Shown: positions 9,867 through 19,994 of the stretch, one piece after another
Layout: each line of letters opens with the position of its first letter
How positions within the stretch are numbered: position 1 is the stretch's first letter
Assembly: GCA_040220235.1 (NCBI GenBank)
Contig: JAVJTO010000164.1
Source of the DNA: Coleofasciculus sp. B1-GNL1-01
Lineage (GTDB): Bacteria; Cyanobacteriota; Cyanobacteriia; Cyanobacteriales; Coleofasciculaceae
Reading direction: 5' to 3' (one strand)
DNA length: 64,000 bases
The notes under the pieces: generated by a model
The model's input: the letters and a program-made list of their open reading frames with translations, nothing else
Databases searched by the model: none
Told to the model about the DNA's origin: nothing
Program-made: the position numbers and the translations under genes

Positions 9867-11519
9867 ATGACTGCTGCCATTGAATTTGCTTTATTTGCTC
9901 CTTACAACGAAGGAGCCTCATTGGTTAGCTGTTTCTCCAATTGGGAAGAAATTCCCATGCAGAAAGATAAGCAGGGGTATTTTCGCACGTCCGTTGAACT
10001 TGAAGATGGTATTTATAAATACAAATTCCGGGTTAAATCAAAATCTTGGTTTTTTGAAGCTGATCAATGGGTAGAGGTCAATGATCCCTACGCTACCGAT
10101 ATTGAAGATCCGACTCAAAACTGCGTCGTGCGGCTCAAAGATGGACAACGCATCGTTGATAATTACGTTTGGATGCATGATAATAAACCCCTACCTCCTG
10201 ACCATGAATTAGTCATCTATGAAATGCATGTCGGTGACTTTTCCGGTGGCGAAGATGATCCTTATCCACGGGGGAATTACCAGCATGTTATTGAAAAGTT
10301 AGATTATCTGGTGGAATTGGGAATTAACGCCATTGAGTTAATGCCTATCAAAGAATATCCCGGTGACTACAGTTGGGGGTACAATCCTCGCTACTTCTTT
10401 GCTACTGAGTCCAGCTATGGTTCGACAGATGAATTGAAACATCTGATCGATGAGTGTCATGGCAAAGGAATTCGGGTAATCATGGACGGGATTTACAACC
10501 ACTCAGAAGCGGAAAGCCCCCTCACCCAAATTGACCATGATTACTGGTATCATAACTCTCCCCGTGACCCAGATAATAACTGGGGACCCGAATTCAACTA
10601 CGAACATTATGACGAAAAGCTAGAGACTTACCCAGCGCGGAAGTTTATCGGTGATGTGGTTCGTTTCTGGATCACTGAATATCATATTGATGGCATTCGC
10701 TACGACGCTGCGCGACAAATGGCTAGCTACGATTTTATGCATTGGATTGTCCAAGAGACTAAAAAAACGGCAGAGGCAAAGCCATTTTACAACGTGGCTG
10801 AATACATCCCCGAAAATCCTAGCATCACCAATTTTGATGGACCGATGGATGGTTGCTGGCATGATAGCTTTTACCACACCGTTAAACCTCACATCTGTGG
10901 TGACAGGTTTGAGTTAGAATCCCTTAAGGATGTAATTGATTGTAAGCGTCAAGGCTACCTGGGAGCGACTAATGTTGTAAATTACCTAAGTAACCACGAT
11001 CACGAACGCCTGATGGTTGAGTTAGCCAATCGGGAAATCTTTGATGAAGAAGCTTTCAAACGGCTCAAGTTAGGGGCAGTTTTGTTAATGACAGCAGTCG
11101 GTATTCCCTTACTCTGGATGGGTGAAGAGTTCGGGGAATATCAGCCGAAATCCATTGAATCCAGAAAGATTAATTGGCAACTACTGAGTAATGATTATAA
11201 TCGCGGGTTGTGCGACTACTATAAAGGGTTAATCGGACTGCGAAAAAACAATCAGGCTCTCTATACAGAGAACATTAATTTCTTCTTTGAAGATGCAGAC
11301 ACCAAAGTTATGGCGTATGTGCGCTGGAATGGTGAAGGCTCTCGTGTTGCTGTCGTTGCCAATTTTTCTGATAATTTCCTCACTGGATATACTCTTTCCA
11401 ACTTTCCGGAGAATGGAATTTGGCACGAATGGACAGGTAACTATGAGGTGGAAGCCAGCAACAACACTTTAACCCTTGACCTTGGCGGATACGAAGCCAA
11501 AGTGTTTGTCTGGCAGTAA
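9867..11519 (+). CDS. GH13 alpha-amylase-family glycosidase with N-terminal CBM48
   Basis: IYEMHVGDF, WGYNP, DGIYNH, IDGIRYDAA (catalytic Asp), VAEY (Glu), NHDHER. Confidence 0.92.
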   Translation: MTAAIEFALFAPYNEGASLVSCFSNWEEIPMQKDKQGYFRTSVELEDGIYKYKFRVKSKSWFFEADQWVEVNDPYATDIEDPTQNCVVRLKDGQRIVDNYVWMHDNKPLPPDHELVIYEMHVGDFSGGEDDPYPRGNYQHVIEKLDYLVELGINAIELMPIKEYPGDYSWGYNPRYFFATESSYGSTDELKHLIDECHGKGIRVIMDGIYNHSEAESPLTQIDHDYWYHNSPRDPDNNWGPEFNYEHYDEKLETYPARKFIGDVVRFWITEYHIDGIRYDAARQMASYDFMHWIVQETKKTAEAKPFYNVAEYIPENPSITNFDGPMDGCWHDSFYHTVKPHICGDRFELESLKDVIDCKRQGYLGATNVVNYLSNHDHERLMVELANREIFDEEAFKRLKLGAVLLMTAVGIPLLWMGEEFGEYQPKSIESRKINWQLLSNDYNRGLCDYYKGLIGLRKNNQALYTENINFFFEDADTKVMAYVRWNGEGSRVAVVANFSDNFLTGYTLSNFPENGIWHEWTGNYEVEASNNTLTLDLGGYEAKVFVWQ

Positions 11520-11545
11520 GCCATCCAATCCGCGATCGCATCTTT

Positions 11546-11569
11546 GTAGGGTGGGCATTGCCCACCCTA
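11546..11569. repeat. GTAGGGTGGGCATTGCCCACCCTA REP-like palindrome
   Basis: Hairpin just after the stop codon; relatives at 26023-26043 and 38325-38356. Confidence 0.8.
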
Positions 11570-11895
11570 TTTTTATGAATAACATTGAAATTTTTGTCAA
11601 CATTATGCCTAAACCACAGGTTGACATAATTTCACAATATTACTTATATGATTATACATCAATGTGAGTGCATCTTTTGTACTCTACCTTATTGGTTAAA
11701 TAGGTATCAGGTACGCACAAGTCCTGTTAGCCAAACCTTCTGCTTAGGATTAACTCACCACCAGACGTACCCGGTTATTTCTCTACACTCAACACTATCC
11801 GACTCCAGAAGAACAGGTTTTGAGGTAACATTATCATCAATGGCTAGCGCCAAATAGCCGCTCAAAACCATGCCCGAAAAGCGAAGGGTCAAGTC

Positions 11896-11956
11896 GGAGC
11901 GGGTTTAGTCGCATCTGGGTTAGCCAAGAAAGGATAGTCGTCAAACCCGCCCCTAC
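11896..11956. repeat. GCGGGTTT...AAACCCGCCCCTAC REP-like inverted pair
   Basis: Same family as copies at 7896, 14039, 41342, 52042, 52628, 52696, 60318 and 63039. Confidence 0.8.
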
Positions 11957-11991
11957 ACATTCAAAACCCAAAACTCAAAACTGTTAAACTG

Positions 11992-12369
11992 ATGCCTCAA
12001 ATTCCTCCACTCAATACCGAAACCCTTTGGCAAATCTTGAACGAAGAACTGGATGATGATACCGTCAATCAGCTTGTCTGGCATTATTTGGGGTATCGCT
12101 ATGACCCAGAAACAAGCCAATGGGATTGTACCAACGTACCTCCAGAATGGTACGAAAACTATCCAGAACCCCCCAACTTTATCGAGAGTCGTCCCGCCAC
12201 CACTAAACTCACTCGTTCAATTCCCAAGGAAAATAAACAGTTATTAAAAGAAGAGTTAGGATTTAAAGGCTATAAAATTGGCGAATTTGGTCGGAGACAG
12301 ACTCGTCGAGCTACGATGGCGAATTGGTTGTTAAGTTATATGAAAGATACGGGATTGAGCCAAGAGTGA
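11992..12369 (+). CDS. DUF1823-family protein
   Basis: LVWHYLGYRYD...YPEPPNFIESRPATTKLTRSIPKENKQLLKEELGFKGY matches my recollection of this conserved cyanobacterial family. Confidence 0.8.
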   Translation: MPQIPPLNTETLWQILNEELDDDTVNQLVWHYLGYRYDPETSQWDCTNVPPEWYENYPEPPNFIESRPATTKLTRSIPKENKQLLKEELGFKGYKIGEFGRRQTRRATMANWLLSYMKDTGLSQE

Positions 12370-14024
12370 ATTCATTGATCACGAATAGCATCACCAGCTT
12401 AACACTCACAAACCCTGGGCAATGGTTTAGCGATCGCCTCTTCCTGGCGGTTCCCGTCAGCGAGAGTAATGGGAATGTGGCGGAAGTCGTCAGTTTCCTG
12501 ATTATTCTGTTACTCGTCGCTACAGGTGTGGCGTTGATTTCGCGACGATTCCGTATCCCGTATATTACGGGGTTAGTGTTAGCCGGATTAGCGATTACGG
12601 AACTCTTACCCAGTCGCATCGGGTTAGATTCGGCGCTGATTTTTAATCTCTTTTTACCGATTCTATTATTTGAAGCGGCAATTAATACTGATATTTCCCG
12701 CCTCCGCAGCACGATTAAACCGATTGCTTTACTTGCAGGACCCGGTGTATTGATCTGTTCGGGAATTACTTCAGTTTTATTGAAACTCGAATTAGGTCTT
12801 GATTGGATACCCGCTGCGATGGTGGGTGTGATTTTATCCATTACCGATACCGCTTTAGTCATTGCTGTCTTTAAAGAAGTTTCGGTTCCTCACCGACTGG
12901 TGACTCTGGTTGAGGGAGAAAGCCTCCTCAACGATGATGTCGCCTTGGTCTTATTTAGCCTAATTTTGACGATGCATGAAACGGGAGCCTTATCCGCGCT
13001 GGATGTGATTCAAGAATTTTTATTCGTGTTAATTGGCGGGGCTTTAGTCGGCGCGGCGTTGGGATATCTGAGTATTGGCTTATTGAGCCAAACGCAAGAT
13101 CCCTTGGGCGGACTTTTGCTCACCGTTGCTCTCGCCTTAGGTGCATTTCAAGCGGGAGAATTATTACACGTATCCGGTGTTGTTGCTGTAGTCATCGCTG
13201 GACTCATTGTCGGTAATTTTGAACATTCACAAGTAACATCAGCATCGAATCAAGTTACGTTATTTAGCTTCTGGGAATATGCGGGGTTTGGCGTGAATAC
13301 GTTTATTTTCTTGCTGATTGGCTTAGAGATAAATATTATTACCATTTGGCAGACTTTACCCGCTATACTTTTAGCCTTTATTGCCTATCAAGGGGGGCGT
13401 CTTCTCACCGTTTATCCGTTGTTAGCATTCGTCCGTTTTTTTGACAAACCAATTCCGATGCGTTGGCGACATATCCTATTAGCTGGTAATATTAAAGGTT
13501 CCCTCTCCACCGCCTTAGCCTTGAGTCTACCTGCTGATTTACCCGGACGAGAGACGCTGCTGGCGATCGTTTTGGGAATTGTTTTGGTTTCTTTGGTGGG
13601 ACAGGGGTTAAGTTTACCATGGGTGGTACGGCATTTAAAGTTATCCTATCGGTCAGAATCCTATCAACAAATTGAGGAATTGCAAGCTCAATTGATGACA
13701 GCTAAAGCGGCACAAGATGAATTAGCGAGTCTCCTGAAAACTGGAGTATTACCGAAATCAATTTACGAAGAAATGCGAGCCTCCTATCAACTGCGAGTCG
13801 CCACCGCTGATAGAACCTTGCGAGAAATCTATAACCAACGTTCAGAAAATTCACCCGAAAATCGCAGCGATCGCACGAAACTAGAAGCCATTCGTCGGCA
13901 ATTACTTTTAGCAGAAAAAGGGGCATTAACAGATGCCCTGCGTAAGCGGATTCTGTCTGAAGTCGTGGTACAAAAGCGGATTAAACAAATTGATGAGCTG
14001 TTGTTAAAATTAGAAGATGATTAG
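12366..14024 (+). CDS. Na+/H+ antiporter, CPA1 family
   Basis: LFLPILLFEAA, EGESLLND, FWEYAGF, about 12 TMs and a cytoplasmic tail; the GTG start overlaps the upstream TGA (GTGA). Confidence 0.9.
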   Translation: MNSLITNSITSLTLTNPGQWFSDRLFLAVPVSESNGNVAEVVSFLIILLLVATGVALISRRFRIPYITGLVLAGLAITELLPSRIGLDSALIFNLFLPILLFEAAINTDISRLRSTIKPIALLAGPGVLICSGITSVLLKLELGLDWIPAAMVGVILSITDTALVIAVFKEVSVPHRLVTLVEGESLLNDDVALVLFSLILTMHETGALSALDVIQEFLFVLIGGALVGAALGYLSIGLLSQTQDPLGGLLLTVALALGAFQAGELLHVSGVVAVVIAGLIVGNFEHSQVTSASNQVTLFSFWEYAGFGVNTFIFLLIGLEINIITIWQTLPAILLAFIAYQGGRLLTVYPLLAFVRFFDKPIPMRWRHILLAGNIKGSLSTALALSLPADLPGRETLLAIVLGIVLVSLVGQGLSLPWVVRHLKLSYRSESYQQIEELQAQLMTAKAAQDELASLLKTGVLPKSIYEEMRASYQLRVATADRTLREIYNQRSENSPENRSDRTKLEAIRRQLLLAEKGALTDALRKRILSEVVVQKRIKQIDELLLKLEDD

Positions 14025-14038
14025 TGCAGCACGGAACT

Positions 14039-14105
14039 GTAGGGGCGGGTTTAGAGACCAACGTAATGCATCTAACGAATAACTGTACAACAAAACCCGC
14101 CCTTA
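14039..14105. repeat. GTAGGGGCGGGTTT...AAAACCCGCCCTTA REP-like inverted pair
   Basis: Inverted arms 14 nt after the antiporter stop. Confidence 0.85.
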
Positions 14106-14133
14106 TCCTGGTTAATAATTGCCTCTCGCTGAT

Positions 14134-14348
14134 TTAATGACCTGCGTTCAATAGGGTTTCAGCAGTAAGATTCAGTTCAGGAGAGGAACAAACTGCAAGA
14201 GTAAAAAAGTCGCGATCGCAACGTTTTCTCCTGATTCTGGTGGCACTTCGATCAGCTTTCCGTTATACAATTCGTAGAGCTTGTCTGTCCCGTCATCATA
14301 AGACAGATAGTCATTAAAGCTGGAAAATCTTAGCTGAGCTTGAATCAT
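14134..14348 (-). pseudogene. Uma2-family endonuclease pseudogene with internal deletion
   Basis: MIQAQLRFSSFNDYLSYDDGTDKLYELYNGKLIEVPPESGENVAIATFLLLQF (Uma2 N-terminus) is joined out of frame to PELNLTAETLLNAGH* (Uma2 C-terminus); the catalytic middle is missing. Confidence 0.75.
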
Positions 14349-14460
14349 TTGTCATTTGTCATTTGTCATTTGTCATTTGTCATTCGTCATTTGTAAATTC
14401 TCTCCCCCATCTCCCCCATCTCCCCCATCTTCCTCATCTCCCTTCCCTGTTCCCTGTTCC
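14345..14460. repeat. STRR arrays: TCATTTG heptamers, CTCCCCCAT nonamers and TGTTCCC heptamers
   Basis: Directly visible tandem repeats; the last units encode the TrkA C-terminal tail. Confidence 0.9.
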
Positions 14461-15162
14461 CTCAATCGATGAAAGTGGTGCAAGTTTAGAACCAACCCCT
14501 AAAAAATCGATGACTTGGTGTAACAATTCCGCTTTTGTCACCACGAGTATCGTTGATCCGGGTTCAAGTACCGTATTGTCATTGGGAATCACTAAATCTG
14601 CATGAGGATGGGATTGATAACCAATAATTAAAGACCCCTCTGGAAACCGAGAATCCTGAATCACTTGAGCCACAGTACGCCCTGCAACATCCGATTCCCC
14701 CGGTACTCCCAGTTTAAACACTTCTACTTGACCCTGTTCATAGTGCATAATCGATTCCACTTCCGGATATTCGATCGCATTGACCATGCGATTGACGGCT
14801 AAGTCAACTGTGCTAATGATATGATGAGCGCCCGCAATCCGTAGAGGCTCCTTAAAATCCCGTTGGCGGATGCGACTAACAATATGGGGAACACCAAAAT
14901 GTTTAGCCAAAGTAACCATTGCCAGATTTAACGCATCATCTCGCAGCACCGCCGCCATCGCATCGGCTTTGCGAATCCCGGCTTCGAGTAACACTTGGGT
15001 GGTGACAGCACTCCCTTCAAATGCCATCACCCCCACTTGTTCGCGAGCATACCGACAAGCCGCAGGGTCTGCATCAATAATCGCGATCGTATGTCCTAAT
15101 TCCACTAACTGCTGGGCTAAACTCAATCCCACTAATCCCGCGCCGCCGATTAATACGTACAT
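14434..15162 (-). CDS. trkA: TrkA/KtrA-family K+ transport regulatory protein (RCK N and C domains)
   Basis: Rossmann GGAGLVG, AGIRKADA, and a C-terminal TrkA_C segment IPNDNTVLEPG. Confidence 0.88.
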   Translation of the reverse strand: MYVLIGGAGLVGLSLAQQLVELGHTIAIIDADPAACRYAREQVGVMAFEGSAVTTQVLLEAGIRKADAMAAVLRDDALNLAMVTLAKHFGVPHIVSRIRQRDFKEPLRIAGAHHIISTVDLAVNRMVNAIEYPEVESIMHYEQGQVEVFKLGVPGESDVAGRTVAQVIQDSRFPEGSLIIGYQSHPHADLVIPNDNTVLEPGSTILVVTKAELLHQVIDFLGVGSKLAPLSSIEGTGNREGR

Positions 15163-15196
15163 GATTCGTTTAGCTCGCTCCTAGACTTTATGTCAC

Positions 15197-15304
15197 GTAG
15201 GGTGCGTTAGCGAAAGCGTAACGCACCGTTATTGATTGGTGCGTTACGGCGCAAAAGGTTAAAAAGCCCCACTATATGTCAAGCCAGCGCCTAACGCACC
15301 CTAC
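15197..15304. repeat. GTAGGGTGCGTTA...TAACGCACCCTAC REPIN-like element
   Basis: Two inverted REP hairpins; a single copy lies at 46395-46424. Confidence 0.85.
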
Positions 15305-15468
15305 GGGATATCCATTTCCCATGGTGTCTCAGTCGAATCAACCACAAACGCCCCTGTTCCTAGACGTAGCAGGCTACGTCTATACATCCTTAGCGGATGA
15401 CAGAGGCTGACGAAAAATGGTACAACATCTTAGTTTACATAAACGGGATGATTAAGTGAGGAAGCGGA

Positions 15469-16944
15469 ATGTACATTATCCAGGTTGCCTCTGAATGCGC
15501 CCCTGTGATCAAAGCCGGCGGCTTAGGGGATGTGGTATATGGTCTGAGTCGGGAATTAGAGATTCAGGGGCATTGCATTGAGCTAATTCTGCCCAAATAC
15601 GACAACATGCGCTATGACCACATCTGGGGACTCCATGATGCCTATATTAATCTATGGGTACCCTGGTACGGTGCAGCGATTCACTGTTCTGTCTATTGTG
15701 GTTGGGTTCATGGACGAGTCTGTTTCTTTATCGAACCTCATTCCCAGGATAATTTCTTCAATCGTGGCTGCTACTACGGTTGTGATGACGATAACATGCG
15801 GTTTGCTTTCTTTTGTAAAGCCACTTTAGAGTTTCTGCTTCAGAGTAATAAGCGTCCTGATGTGATCCACTGTCACGATTGGCAGACGGGTTTACTCCCA
15901 GTCATGCTGTTTGAGATCTATAAATATCATGGCATGGCAAATCAACGGATATGCTACACCATTCATAACTTTAAACACCAAGGAATGGGGGGAAGTGAAA
16001 TCCTGTGGGCAACCGGGTTGAATCGAGAAGGCTATTATTTTCAGGATGATCGCCTGAAAGATAATTTTAATCCCTTTGCCTTAAACTTTATGAAAGGCGG
16101 TATTGTTTACGCCAATGCGATAACGACAGTTTCTCCCCATCATGCCTGGGAAGCTCGGTTCACGCCCATCGGATGTGGGTTAGGTCATACATTACATTTA
16201 CATCAGGATAAGTTTACCGGAATTCTCAACGGCATTAATGATGATTTTTGGAATCCGGAACAAGACCGCTATATTCCCTATCACTACGCCCCGGATAGTT
16301 TTGAAGACAAAGCGAAAAATAAAAAAGCGTTGCGGGAACGGCTGTTAATTCAAGATGCTAATAAACCAATTGTGGCGTTTATTGGTCGTTTAGATGATCA
16401 AAAAGGTGTTCATCTTGTCCATCATGCTATCTATTACTCTCTGCACAAGGGCGCTCAATTCGTTTTGTTAGGGTCAGCAACAGCGGCGGCAATTAATTCC
16501 TGGTTCTGGCACGAAAAATACTACTTAAATGATAACCCTGATGTCCATTTGGAACTGGGCTTTAATGAGGAATTATCTCATTTGATTTATGCTGGAGCCG
16601 ATTTTATGCTAGTTCCGAGTAATTACGAACCCTGCGGATTGACTCAGATCATTGGCTTAAAGTACGGAACCGTGCCAATTGTGCGGAGTGTAGGGGGACT
16701 GGTCAATACCGTGTTTGACCGCGATCACGACTTGACTCATCCCATGGACAAACGCAATGGATATGTATTCAGTCACACCGATTACTATGCGTTAGAATCC
16801 GCGATGGATCGGGCGTTGGGATTGTGGTATGACTATCCAGAAGAGTTCCGTAAACTGGCGATTCAAGGTATGGCGTATGATTACTCGTGGAGTGCTTCGG
16901 CATCTAAGTATGTGAAAATCTATGACATGATCCGACATCAATAG
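15469..16944 (+). CDS. glgA: Glycogen synthase (GT5)
   Basis: SECAPVIKAGGLGDVV, IHCHDWQ, GRLDDQKG, PSNYEPCGLTQ; GAGGA Shine-Dalgarno upstream. Confidence 0.96.
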   Translation: MYIIQVASECAPVIKAGGLGDVVYGLSRELEIQGHCIELILPKYDNMRYDHIWGLHDAYINLWVPWYGAAIHCSVYCGWVHGRVCFFIEPHSQDNFFNRGCYYGCDDDNMRFAFFCKATLEFLLQSNKRPDVIHCHDWQTGLLPVMLFEIYKYHGMANQRICYTIHNFKHQGMGGSEILWATGLNREGYYFQDDRLKDNFNPFALNFMKGGIVYANAITTVSPHHAWEARFTPIGCGLGHTLHLHQDKFTGILNGINDDFWNPEQDRYIPYHYAPDSFEDKAKNKKALRERLLIQDANKPIVAFIGRLDDQKGVHLVHHAIYYSLHKGAQFVLLGSATAAAINSWFWHEKYYLNDNPDVHLELGFNEELSHLIYAGADFMLVPSNYEPCGLTQIIGLKYGTVPIVRSVGGLVNTVFDRDHDLTHPMDKRNGYVFSHTDYYALESAMDRALGLWYDYPEEFRKLAIQGMAYDYSWSASASKYVKIYDMIRHQ

Positions 16945-17066
16945 GGGTTGCTGAATCAGTGGTGAGGTGAGGGAGATAGCGGAATATATTGTTTATTTGG
17001 AGGGGATTTCAGCCTACATTCGGCAAATATTTAAACAGGATTGAACAAACACAAGCCGACGATGCT

Positions 17067-17133
17067 GTAGGGGCGACCCGCCTGCCTCAATGAACGCTAC
17101 CCATCCACTCAATTGTATCGGGTCGCCCTTTAC
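17067..17133. repeat. GTAGGGGCGACCCG...CGGGTCGCCC REP-like inverted pair
   Basis: A second copy with a similar spacer lies at 40613-40678. Confidence 0.8.
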
Positions 17134-17303
17134 TCAAACTGATTGAATTGTTAAAATACGCCAAGGGTATCGTGATATTGATGTTAACTAAAACCCCTCA
17201 CCTCCAGCCCCTCTCCCACTCTGGGGAGAGGGGAGCAAGAGGGATGTAAAATGGAAGTGGCTTAGAGACATATCATAATGTATTGAACAGTAATATAGCA
17301 ATC

Positions 17304-17400
17304 CTATTTGAGTCGTGTCCAAAAATCACATCCAATAGTCCAAGTCAATCCATAAAGACCAATCCAGAAGTTGCTGTATCGTCTCTGGCTTCTTGCTAAC
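17304..17400 (-). pseudogene. Possible IS4-family transposase C-terminal remnant
   Basis: RSQRRYSNFWIGLYGLTW resembles the RRHSxFWIGLYG tail I recall from cyanobacterial IS4-type transposases; no DDE core is present. Confidence 0.4.
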
Positions 17401-17499
17401 TGTGATAGAATTTGGGTAGCATTATTGATTGAGCGGTTGACTGGAATAAACATAGACCGCTCTTTTTTACCACAAAACAAACCCATTTCTTGTTAATTT

Positions 17500-17811
17500 T
17501 TGGAAAAAGTCAAAAAATTATTGTCTATTGCTTTTACTCTGAGCGATACATTCTTTCTTACTGAAGTTCCCCCAGCCGAAGAGCAAACCAAGAGCGATCG
17601 CGCTCTCAATAATACCATTGCCTTAGCTGGGATTGTGCTGGGGATTAGCGGCTTAACCGCTACCGCAATTTCCGTACAACAACCCCAGCCGAAATCCTAC
17701 ACCGATGTTTCGTTTTTATCCTCACCCATTTTTATCTGGAGTCTCGGTTTAAGCTTTCCGTTTATCATCTTCCTCTTCTATCGCTTCATCGCTGATCTGT
17801 GGCGACGTTAA
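17500..17811 (+). pseudogene. Probably 5'-truncated C-terminal fragment of a two-TM hypothetical protein
   Basis: EQTKSDRALNNTIALAGIVLG followed by two TMs; weak TTG start in a region of mobile debris. Confidence 0.4.
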
Positions 17812-17874
17812 TCAATCCGGAATCAGGAGTCATGGTGATTTTACCGGATATTATATTCCACTGTTATCGATCGC

Positions 17875-19605
17875 CTAAAAAGGCTGAAAAAGAATAGAAA
17901 AGGTAATTCCATTATCTTGTAGAGAACCGCCTTCATCTTCAACGCTATTGAGGGGAATTCCCCAATACAGTTGTGCTGACCACGACGGATCACGTTGCCA
18001 CAACAGTCCTAACCCAAGACTGGCTAAGGTGTTAGGATTAGTCACCTCATCCTCGTGGTTCCAAACCGTGCCAATATCGAAAAACGGAGCAATTTGCACA
18101 GTTCCAATGCCCTCAGGTTGGCTGATAATCGGGAAACGAACTTCCACAGAACCAATAATTCCATTGTCAGCCACGCGCTGATTTTGGCGATACCCTCGCA
18201 CGGTATCAATTCCACCAATACTGAACTGTTCTAGCGGTAAGAGCGAATCATTCGACAGTTGCGCTCCCGCACGAGCAATAATGATACTATCAGCCCCTAA
18301 AGCCTGCACCCACTGAAACTGTCCCACCCAACTCATAAACCGCCCATCAGTACCCGTATCATTGATGGTGGCGTCAAACGCATCCAAGCCAAAACTAAAC
18401 TGCGATCGCGCGGCTAAGACGCGATCAGTGGAACGGTTAAGCCAGTCTTGACTAAACCGCACCACAGTGACTTTCGATTCCCCGTCTTCGGGTCCCAGGG
18501 AAAAGGAAAACGGGATATCATCCAGGACAAAGGTTTGGCTTTGACGCAAATCCAGGGACAAGGATAAGGCAAAGTCACTCGTCGGCGTATGGACAATTGG
18601 TTGGCGAAATCCCACAGACAAGGTTTCTGAGTTAGAGTTAATATCTAAGACTGAAAACGGATCTTCAACAATATCACTATCGCTACGGTTATAGCTGAGA
18701 CTTAACGTACCATCCCTGGGATTGAGAGGGATTTCATAGCTCAGACTATACTGATCCACCCCTTCGGTTATGCCATAATCGGCACTGATGCGATCGCCTA
18801 ATCCCAATAGATTCCGATTCTCTATTCTCACTGTTCCCCCCAAGGAACCGACACTGGGAGAGTCTCGATTCTCTATAGTCACAGAACTCATCCAAGGTTT
18901 TGCCTCTTCTATCTCTAGGGTTAACACACTGGTTCCAGCCATGGTTCCTGCTGATAACTCGGCTTGAATTTGATCGAGTACCGGATCAAGTTGCAGCAGT
19001 TGCAGCGCTTCCTCTAAGCGACGAATATTCACCGGGGTTTGCGTCGCCAACTGAATCCGCGATCGCACGTAATCATCCCGCAAACGCTCTAATCCTTGAA
19101 TATCAATGCGTTCAAGGCTCCCTTCAACCACCTGAATGCTCACCACACCATCGGTAATATCCTGAGACGGGAGAAATGCACCGGAAGTGGTGTAGCCATT
19201 GTCTGTATATAACTCGGTAATCGCCGTGCGAATCGCTAAGAGTTCTTCAAACGAAGCATTTTGACCAATAAAGGGTGCAACAGCATCTTGCAATTGTTCT
19301 GAGGAAAAAACCGTACTCCCTAATACCTCAACTCGTTCAACCGTGACATTAACCTCCACATCGGGTGATGGCGTCAGAAAGGGTTCTGGGGTGGGTGTGA
19401 GGGGGGGAAGTGATGGAGGCATCTCTGGGGGCGTCGTCGGCAAAGAAGGCAGATTGGGACGAGTGGGTTCCAGGATACCCGGTGGAATCTCTGGAGTCGT
19501 TTGGCTCATCGATGGCAAGTCTTGAGCTAAGGCGATACCACTCCAGCTCAAGTACACCAGATTTAAAGCCCAAAGAAACCGTTTAAACATAAACCAGTAG
19601 CGCAA
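17875..19605 (-). CDS. ShlB/FhaC/HecB-family TpsB outer-membrane transporter
   Basis: Signal peptide, Pro-rich linker, POTRA (YTDNGYTTSGAFLP), VRGY motif (DTVRGYRQN) and C-terminal Phe; start may be the ATG at 19590. Confidence 0.95.
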   Translation of the reverse strand: MRYWFMFKRFLWALNLVYLSWSGIALAQDLPSMSQTTPEIPPGILEPTRPNLPSLPTTPPEMPPSLPPLTPTPEPFLTPSPDVEVNVTVERVEVLGSTVFSSEQLQDAVAPFIGQNASFEELLAIRTAITELYTDNGYTTSGAFLPSQDITDGVVSIQVVEGSLERIDIQGLERLRDDYVRSRIQLATQTPVNIRRLEEALQLLQLDPVLDQIQAELSAGTMAGTSVLTLEIEEAKPWMSSVTIENRDSPSVGSLGGTVRIENRNLLGLGDRISADYGITEGVDQYSLSYEIPLNPRDGTLSLSYNRSDSDIVEDPFSVLDINSNSETLSVGFRQPIVHTPTSDFALSLSLDLRQSQTFVLDDIPFSFSLGPEDGESKVTVVRFSQDWLNRSTDRVLAARSQFSFGLDAFDATINDTGTDGRFMSWVGQFQWVQALGADSIIIARAGAQLSNDSLLPLEQFSIGGIDTVRGYRQNQRVADNGIIGSVEVRFPIISQPEGIGTVQIAPFFDIGTVWNHEDEVTNPNTLASLGLGLLWQRDPSWSAQLYWGIPLNSVEDEGGSLQDNGITFSILFQPF

Positions 19606-19994
19606 AGGTCATCAGTTGACAAGGATGCAGAGAAACCCCGGACTGTTGATCGCAAAAGGGAGAGGGTAAGCAGCAGAGAATAAACGGTTGATTCGAGTAT
19701 CGGGTTGTCAGAGCCGTTAATCCTGTCCTAATTATTCTGACGATCGCTATCAAGCATTTAGTGAGCCAAAACCTCAATTGATCCCCCATAGCATTCATAC
19801 TCGGTAATATTCTTTTATTTCTTGTTCTACTTTCAGCATCAGTGACCGGAAGAAATACAATATAGTAGCAGCTTAGGAGACGCTTTGTCCCCTGTTTTTA
19901 TCCGTTGAGAAACCCAAAAACCCTCAAATTCAGACTCCCCAGTTCAGATCAAAATTTTATAAAATAGAGTTAATTGTTATCATTGTTCCGAAAA

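Noticed and set aside
14363..14605. 80-aa ORF with PHL repeats
   Set aside because: Repeat-derived and antisense to trkA
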